From assembly GCA_022813965.1 (NCBI GenBank), contig JALDZS010000027.1:124001-179326 (forward strand): 55,326 nucleotides of DNA. The letters are read 5' to 3'. The DNA comes from Toensbergia leucococca. Its lineage: Eukaryota. The notes below the pieces were generated by a model. It had not been told where the DNA came from. It searched no databases and was given only the letters and a program-made list of their open reading frames with translations. This document shows positions 49,320 through 55,326 of the stretch, in pieces. Both the position numbers and the translations under genes were made by a program. Numbering within the stretch: the first letter of the stretch is position 1; each line of letters starts with the position of its first letter.

Positions 49320-50196
49320 ATGCCAAAAGGTGACCGTTCTAAAGCATCTGCAGCTTCCTCTTCCCGCCGTTCAACCCCATATACTAGGCCAGGCGCAGCC
49401 ATGCCACCCCATCGGACTCCATCCCAAGCACATGCCCCCACATCGCCTCCCCCCACTGGCACCCATGCCACGACTTGGAAAACCGAAGACGACACGCAAT
49501 TGATGCAAGCCCGCGCCCAAGGCCTCAATTGGAGCCCCATCGCCCGGGATTACTTCCCCACCAAAACTCCCAACGCATGCCGCAAGCGGCATGAACGGCT
49601 CATGGAAAAGCAGAGCCAGGAAAATTGGGACGGCGTCAAGATTGAGGAGTTGGCTAAAGCTTACGTCGAGGTTCGAGAGGAAATGTGGAGGGTGTTGGCT
49701 GTCAAGGTGGGCGAGAAGTGGGGGGTTGTCGAATCAAAGGTCGGTGGCCTTTTCCAAATTTCTGGAAGACGCAAGTGTTGTTGCGATATTTTGAGCCAAC
49801 GAACGCCGGAACTGATGTCTATTTGGTGAACAGTGCATGGAGAAAGGAGTGAAAACTCTCCTGAACGTCGGCCGCAATGCTTCGCGGAAGACAAAACCGA
49901 AAGGCGAGGAAGACAACGAGGAAGGCGACAGCGGCCTCGTTCTTGATCCTGCCAACGAGGAAGACGGCGAACAGGACCCGCAGTATCCGGGCGGTGGTTC
50001 ATCGGGCTCTTCGTACACCTCCGGCCCTCCGACCAGCTCGGCGCCCGCGTTCAGTGCGAGCACCTCATCAATGAATTTCGTTCCTGCGCCTGTTTCAGCG
50101 CCGCAGAGCCAGCAAACGCTGCCAAATTTCCAGACGACTTTTGGAATGCCTTCGATTGCTTCCATCTTGCAGTCTGCATCTTTGACGTCGTACTAG
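49320..50196 (+). CDS. Myb/SANT-like DNA-binding protein, 2 exons
   Basis: WKTEDDTQLMQARAQGLNWSPIARDYFPTKTPNACRKRHERLM (Myb repeat), REEMWRVLAVKVGEKWGVVESK / intron 49740-49833 / CMEKGVKTL. Confidence 0.9.
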
Positions 50197-50521
50197 CTCG
50201 CTTTTCCTTCCTACGGAACGCCCTCATCACTCCACCAGGTGAAAAACCATCACCTGATTTTGATGTGGAAACAAGGCTGAAAATTGCCAATAAATATCGC
50301 ACCCCCTGGTGCGGCAATTCTTCCATCGGAACTAGTTACTTCGATACTTCGACACTGTGACCTACATCTCTAATATCTTGCTAGCGTGCATTCTAGCAGC
50401 ATGAATTTTTGTTCTCTTTTAGCGTTGATCATACGGTGTTGGATCCGGCTTGTGCTTTTTTGGTTGACTTAAAAGAAAGGGAGCGAACTCCCCGGTGTTT
50501 GTATATTATACCCCTTTGTAC

Positions 50522-50550
50522 GATGGGATGGGACGGGATGGGATGAGATG
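50522..50550. repeat. Imperfect (GGGAT)n pentanucleotide microsatellite
   Basis: gatgggatgggacgggatgggatgagatg. Confidence 0.7.
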
Positions 50551-50661
50551 CGCAGAGGGTGTGCAAGTCACGATTTACGAAGGAAAATCATGTTTCCATT
50601 TTATTCAGCGACATGGAGATGGGTGTTTGCTTTTTTGCTCATTCATAGATGAGTTTTCCAA

Positions 50662-52193
50662 TTACGTCGCTTGTACGAGTACACGCCTTGTCCAGTTTTC
50701 TACGCCTAGTATGCCACCATCTTTAGCTTGGGGATCGATGGACCATGTCTGAAGTGCTTTACAGCTGAGATCACTTGTCCAGCCGTTTTCGTACATTTCG
50801 ATACCTGTCCATGCGATCATTGCGGCGTTGTCGGTGCAGAGTGAGGGTGGGGGAAAGGACAGTTTTACGTGCGAGTAGCCTCGAATGTCTAGGAAGGAGC
50901 GTAGACTGTGATGACGATCAGTAGGAGGTGCGTGGGACGTTTGCTTTAGGTTGTTTGGCTTACATGGTTCTAAGGTAGCTATTTGACGCAACGCCACCAC
51001 TTACAACGATAGTATTCAGGGCTTGGAGTGATGAACTCTGTTGATCCTCTACTTGCTTCAAAGCCATCACGGCTCGCGATGCAAGATGCTCAAAGGCAAC
51101 CATCATAGCTTCCCTAGCCAGATCTCTCCGCTCGTGAACGCTGAGCTCTGCCCCCCTACTTTGACATATCCTCTTCACGGAACTCTCAAGTCCGGAAAAC
51201 GAATACTCCATGGATTTTGACTTCAACCCTGATCTAGTCTCTGCCAGAGGAACGCCGAGGCTCCAACCCCAGCGACTTTGCTTTCTTTTTAGTTCTTCCC
51301 CTCGCTTCGCAGGTGCGGTATAATTGTGATCAAGATTGCTATTAGGGAAAGCAAATTGCTCAAGCGCTCGACCGTACATGATCTCGTCCGAGTCTTGGAT
51401 GGTCTCCTCCGGTAAGACGAACTTTGCAATTCTATCGATTGCATTGCCAATGGCGATGTCTGAGGTGGTTGCCAAGATCGCATGGTCAGCCAAATCCTTT
51501 GAATGCACAAGAAGCGTATGCCCGCCGGAGACGAGTAACGACAGAAACGGAAAAGAGGGCTCTATAGACTGAGGTCTACTGAGTTCAAGAGCAGACACAA
51601 GTCGTGGAGTCAGGGCGTGTGCTTGCATATGATTAACGCCGACCAAAGGCACTTGCCAGGCGACTGCAAGACCCTTCGCAGTGTCTAAACCTGTTGACAA
51701 GTTGCTGCGCATCCCAGGTCCTCTTGTCACAGACACGAAGTCTGGTTTCTTTTTTAGTACTGATTTCCCTTTCGAACATATGGTGATAGTGCCCGTGGAC
51801 CCCCTGCTGACCGTAGATGCCTCGGGCAAAGCGTCAAGTGCTGTGGTAATCAATTTTGCGAGATTATCTTGATGTGACACGAGGGCAACTATGGGATGAA
51901 CGCCCCGCCAACGCCGGTTATCTGCTGTGACTTTTTGATGAAAGTGTAGCACAGCTGCACATGGGAGGGAGGCTGCATTTTCTTTCCTCAACGAGTGAGC
52001 GTTTGTTTCGAGAATTGCGACAGAAGTATCGTCACTGCCTGGTGAGCATTATGAAGTAGTTTCGGGTTCTTCTCGCATACCATGATGATTCAATTGCAAG
52101 CGTGAGCAGTGATTGCTGCCGCGGAGCGAGTCTTGAAGCTCGCAAACATACAGCCTTCGCTCGACATCGACTTGTCCATCGCGACACCAGCAT
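50662..52193 (-). CDS. QRI7: Mitochondrial tRNA N6-threonylcarbamoyladenosine (t6A) transferase, Kae1/TsaD/Qri7 family, 3 exons
   Basis: Arg-rich presequence, LAIESSC/DDTSVAI across intron 1, VSVTRGPG, VNHMQAHALTPRL, LLVSGGHT, SFSGL, VVSGGVASN, LCTDNAAMIAWTG. Confidence 0.93.
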
Positions 52194-52569
52194 TCGCTCA
52201 CCCCTTGGCACGATGGCTTCAGATGCGGCCCGCACTAAGGCTCAAGACTTGGATTGCAGAAGCACGGTATCACCAGTATCACTTTCACGAGCTAGGCACC
52301 TAAAGTATGGTCGAAAAAAGTTGAGCAAAGTCTTGGCAGTGCACGGGGATTGGCCGGAGATTGGAAGGAGGCGACTTTCAAAAAAACCCTGTCAGTTGCA
52401 ACCCTACAAATGCACACTTTCTTCTCCCAAATCACATAGATCGCTCGCACAGCTGGACATCTGTCACTTCCTTCATTTCTTTGTTGCTGGGAGTCTACAT
52501 ATTTCGCCCCATGTTCTAGTCAATTACGGAAATTGACTCGAGCTTTGGGCTAGAAAAGCCCAGGTAGCC

Positions 52570-54822
52570 ATGGCTACCGTGAAGGACGCGGTGAAAGAGT
52601 CTCTTGTTGGATCCACGAGAGAGCCGCAGCTCTCACAGCAAACCAAAGCTACCTTTGACAGAAACGCCAGGCAGGATGAGGCAACTGGCGAACTGTATAT
52701 GACTGAAGAAGACTTCGTAAATGCAATTGCGCCTGCTAATGAGGACTATGTAAGCTTTCATTGCCTAAGACGTATCTGGAACACACGGTGACTAGTTTAA
52801 TGACTCAATTTACTGAACATCTTGAGACTTATAGCACAAAATAAAACGAGAACAATATGCAGTTCTTTTCAACGTCGCTGATCGACAAAAAGCTGGACAA
52901 ATCAACCTTCATGATTGGGGCGCATTTGAAAATCTTCTGGCAAAGCCTGATGCTGAGTATGAAATTGCTTTCAGGCTCTTCGATGAGGATGGCACAGGAA
53001 CCATCAAGTATGACAATTTCCAGAGACTCTACAATCAGAATAAGGGCGAGGATTCAATACCATTTGATTGGAATTGTGAATGGGCATCTCTGTATATCGG
53101 AGGCAAGAAACATCGCCATGACATGACATACCCTCAATTTTCACAGATGCTCCGCGGTCTACAAGGAGAGAGGATACGGCAGGCATTCCATTTTTTCGAC
53201 AAGGACGGGGATGGGTACATAGAGCCGGAAGATTTTCAGCGCATTATTCTTGAGACAGCAAGGCACAAGCTGTCTGATCATTTACTTGGGAATCTCCATA
53301 CCCTTTGCAATATCTCGACAGGTAGTAAGATCTCTTACGCAAATGTCCGGGCTTTTCAGAATGTCATTCGAGAGATGGATTTAGTGGAGTTCATCATCCG
53401 AAAAGCGACGCAGAAGAGCGAGGACGGAACGATTACTCGTACAGATTTCCTCAACGAAGCAGCTCGGATAACAAGATTCTCTCTCTTCACGCCCATGGAG
53501 GCGGATATTCTCTTTCACTTCGCGGGACTCGATTCGACATCAGGACGATTATCGTTAGGTGATTTCTCCAAAGTTCTCGACGCTTCATGGCAAAGCGCTT
53601 TTACGATTGGAGCCAATGCAACATCAGAAGCTGCTGGAAAGGCTGTCTCAACGGCACGGAAATATCTACATAACGTACTAGAGTCTGCCCATCACTTTGC
53701 CTTAGGAAGTATTGCGGGTGCTTTCGGTGCGTTCATGGTATATCCGATTGATCTGGTTAAAACGAGGATGCAGAATCAACGAAGTCAGCGTGTTGGAGAG
53801 ATGCTGTACACGAACTCATTAGACTGCGCGAAGAAGGTGTATAGAAATGAGGGATTCAAGGGCCTATATTCTGGCGTTGTCCCTCAATTGATTGGTGTTG
53901 CTCCCGAAAAGGCTATCAAGCTCACAGTCAATGACCTGATAAGGGGCCATTTTTCAGAAAAAGATACGGGGAAGATCTGGTGGCCACATGAAATCCTTGC
54001 TGGTGGCTCGGCAGGTGCATGTCAAGTGGTAAGTTCCAAAACGGATGCCATCTGATCAGCTATCCGTTGACATACAAGCAGGTCTTCACCAATCCCCTAG
54101 AAATCGTCAAAATTCGCCTCCAAGTCCAAGGCGAAGTCGCCAAGACCGTCGAGGGCGTCCCCCGCCGCTCTGCAATGTGGATCGTCCAAAATCTTGGTTT
54201 AGTGGGCCTCTACAAAGGTGCTAGCGCTTGTCTCTTGCGCGATGTTCCCTTCTCGGGCATCTATTTCCCCACATACAACCATTTAAAACGGGATTTCTTT
54301 GGTGAAGGCCCAAACAAAAAACTCGGCGTCCTGCAGCTACTTACCGCGGGCGCCATCGCTGGTATGCCTGCCGCGTATCTCACCACCCCCTGCGATGTCA
54401 TCAAAACCCGCCTACAAGTTGAGGCCCGCAAGGGCGAAACTAAATACACCTCCCTGCGCCACTGCGCTCGCACCGTTTACCAAGAAGAGGGCTTCCGCGC
54501 CTTCTTCAAGGGCGGCCCAGCACGTATTTTGCGCTCCTCTCCGCAGTTCGGCTTCACCCTCGCTGCGTACGAGGTTCTGCAGAAGTCCCTGCCAATGCCG
54601 GGAAGCGAGAGTGAGGCGTTGCTGCCAGCGATGGGCCTCGGGCAGGAGGTTGCAGGCTTACGTGAGGCGAAGGCCCCGTTGCCGTATTTGAGAAGCCGGA
54701 ACGCCTTGAAGATCATTCTTGATTTAGATGAGGGATTTGGAAAGCCGAGGCTCCCAAAGGTTGGGACACGGGGATGGATTCCATTGCCCGGGCTTGGGGG
54801 AGGGAAGGGTACGGCCGCTTAA
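52570..54822 (+). CDS. AGC1: Mitochondrial aspartate/glutamate carrier with EF-hands (Aralar/citrin type), 3 exons
   Basis: [16 protein letters not shown]-hand FDKDGDGYI, three carrier repeats ([33 protein letters not shown]), [10 protein letters not shown]; introns about 52750-52833 and 54029-54081. Confidence 0.96.
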
Positions 54823-55326
54823 AAGGGGGATTGTATATTGATAAGTAGTAACGTGCTGATATAGATCGACTGTGGATGACTTTTGATCTCTGTATGGAGG
54901 CCTCTGGATAAAATGTATTTTAGGTTCTGCTGCCATGGATATCTTGGCAGTCCTTCAGAGTAGCTAAAAAGGAGTATATTATACAAAATCAAGACACCAG
55001 CTACTACTTCTAGCTAGGTGAAAATAGTGATTCCATCACAACAAAGTCTTCAACTTGCCATATTTTTTATGCGCTTCTTTTAGACACATGAGCTTTGCCA
55101 CTAGTTGAAGATGTCACGGATTTCATTGATAGGGTTTTAGACCTTAGGCGTAAATTGTTTTAAACAGAATTCAGCACCTAACCTGTGAACTCATACATCG
55201 GTGAGTGAAAACGGTTGAAGTGACTCTGGTAGCACAATTCACTAGAATAGACTAGATTCACATTTATTGACAAACATTGGAATTCCGGCGCCACAGGCAT
55301 AGAATATGTTCAGATACATTACATAT

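Overview
Gene-dense eukaryotic DNA from a filamentous ascomycete (Pezizomycotina, inferred from short GT-AG introns with CTRAY branch sites and from the gene set). About 21 protein-coding genes were reconstructed by hand. They are NTR2 (partial), SmG, a SnoaL/NTF2-like protein, a CYP7/8-like P450, CDC1, a DHA2 MFS pump, the MADS-box factor RlmA, a DUF3140 protein, MSB1, CFT1, an LMBR1-type transporter, a ZFYVE19-like Zn finger, a Tra2-like RRM protein, NTO1, a small 4-exon hypothetical gene, a VPS73-like sugar porter, a 122-aa protein with PP1-docking motifs, a Myb protein, QRI7 and AGC1. NTR2, SmG and the DUF3140 gene are absent from the ORF track, and the 4-exon gene appears there only as a fragment. 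The window also has a 128-bp MITE-like element and CpG-depleted patches. I found no secondary-metabolite backbone gene, tRNA, rRNA or CRISPR array. The least explained signal is a recurrent C/A-rich to G/T-rich strand-composition switch that flips inside single exons and reshapes protein sequence. Other leads are a long stop-free intron in CFT1, a SILK+RVxF microprotein, a distal alternative acceptor in the Tra2-like gene and a 6-nt microexon. All family assignments come from motif recognition by eye; no database search was run.
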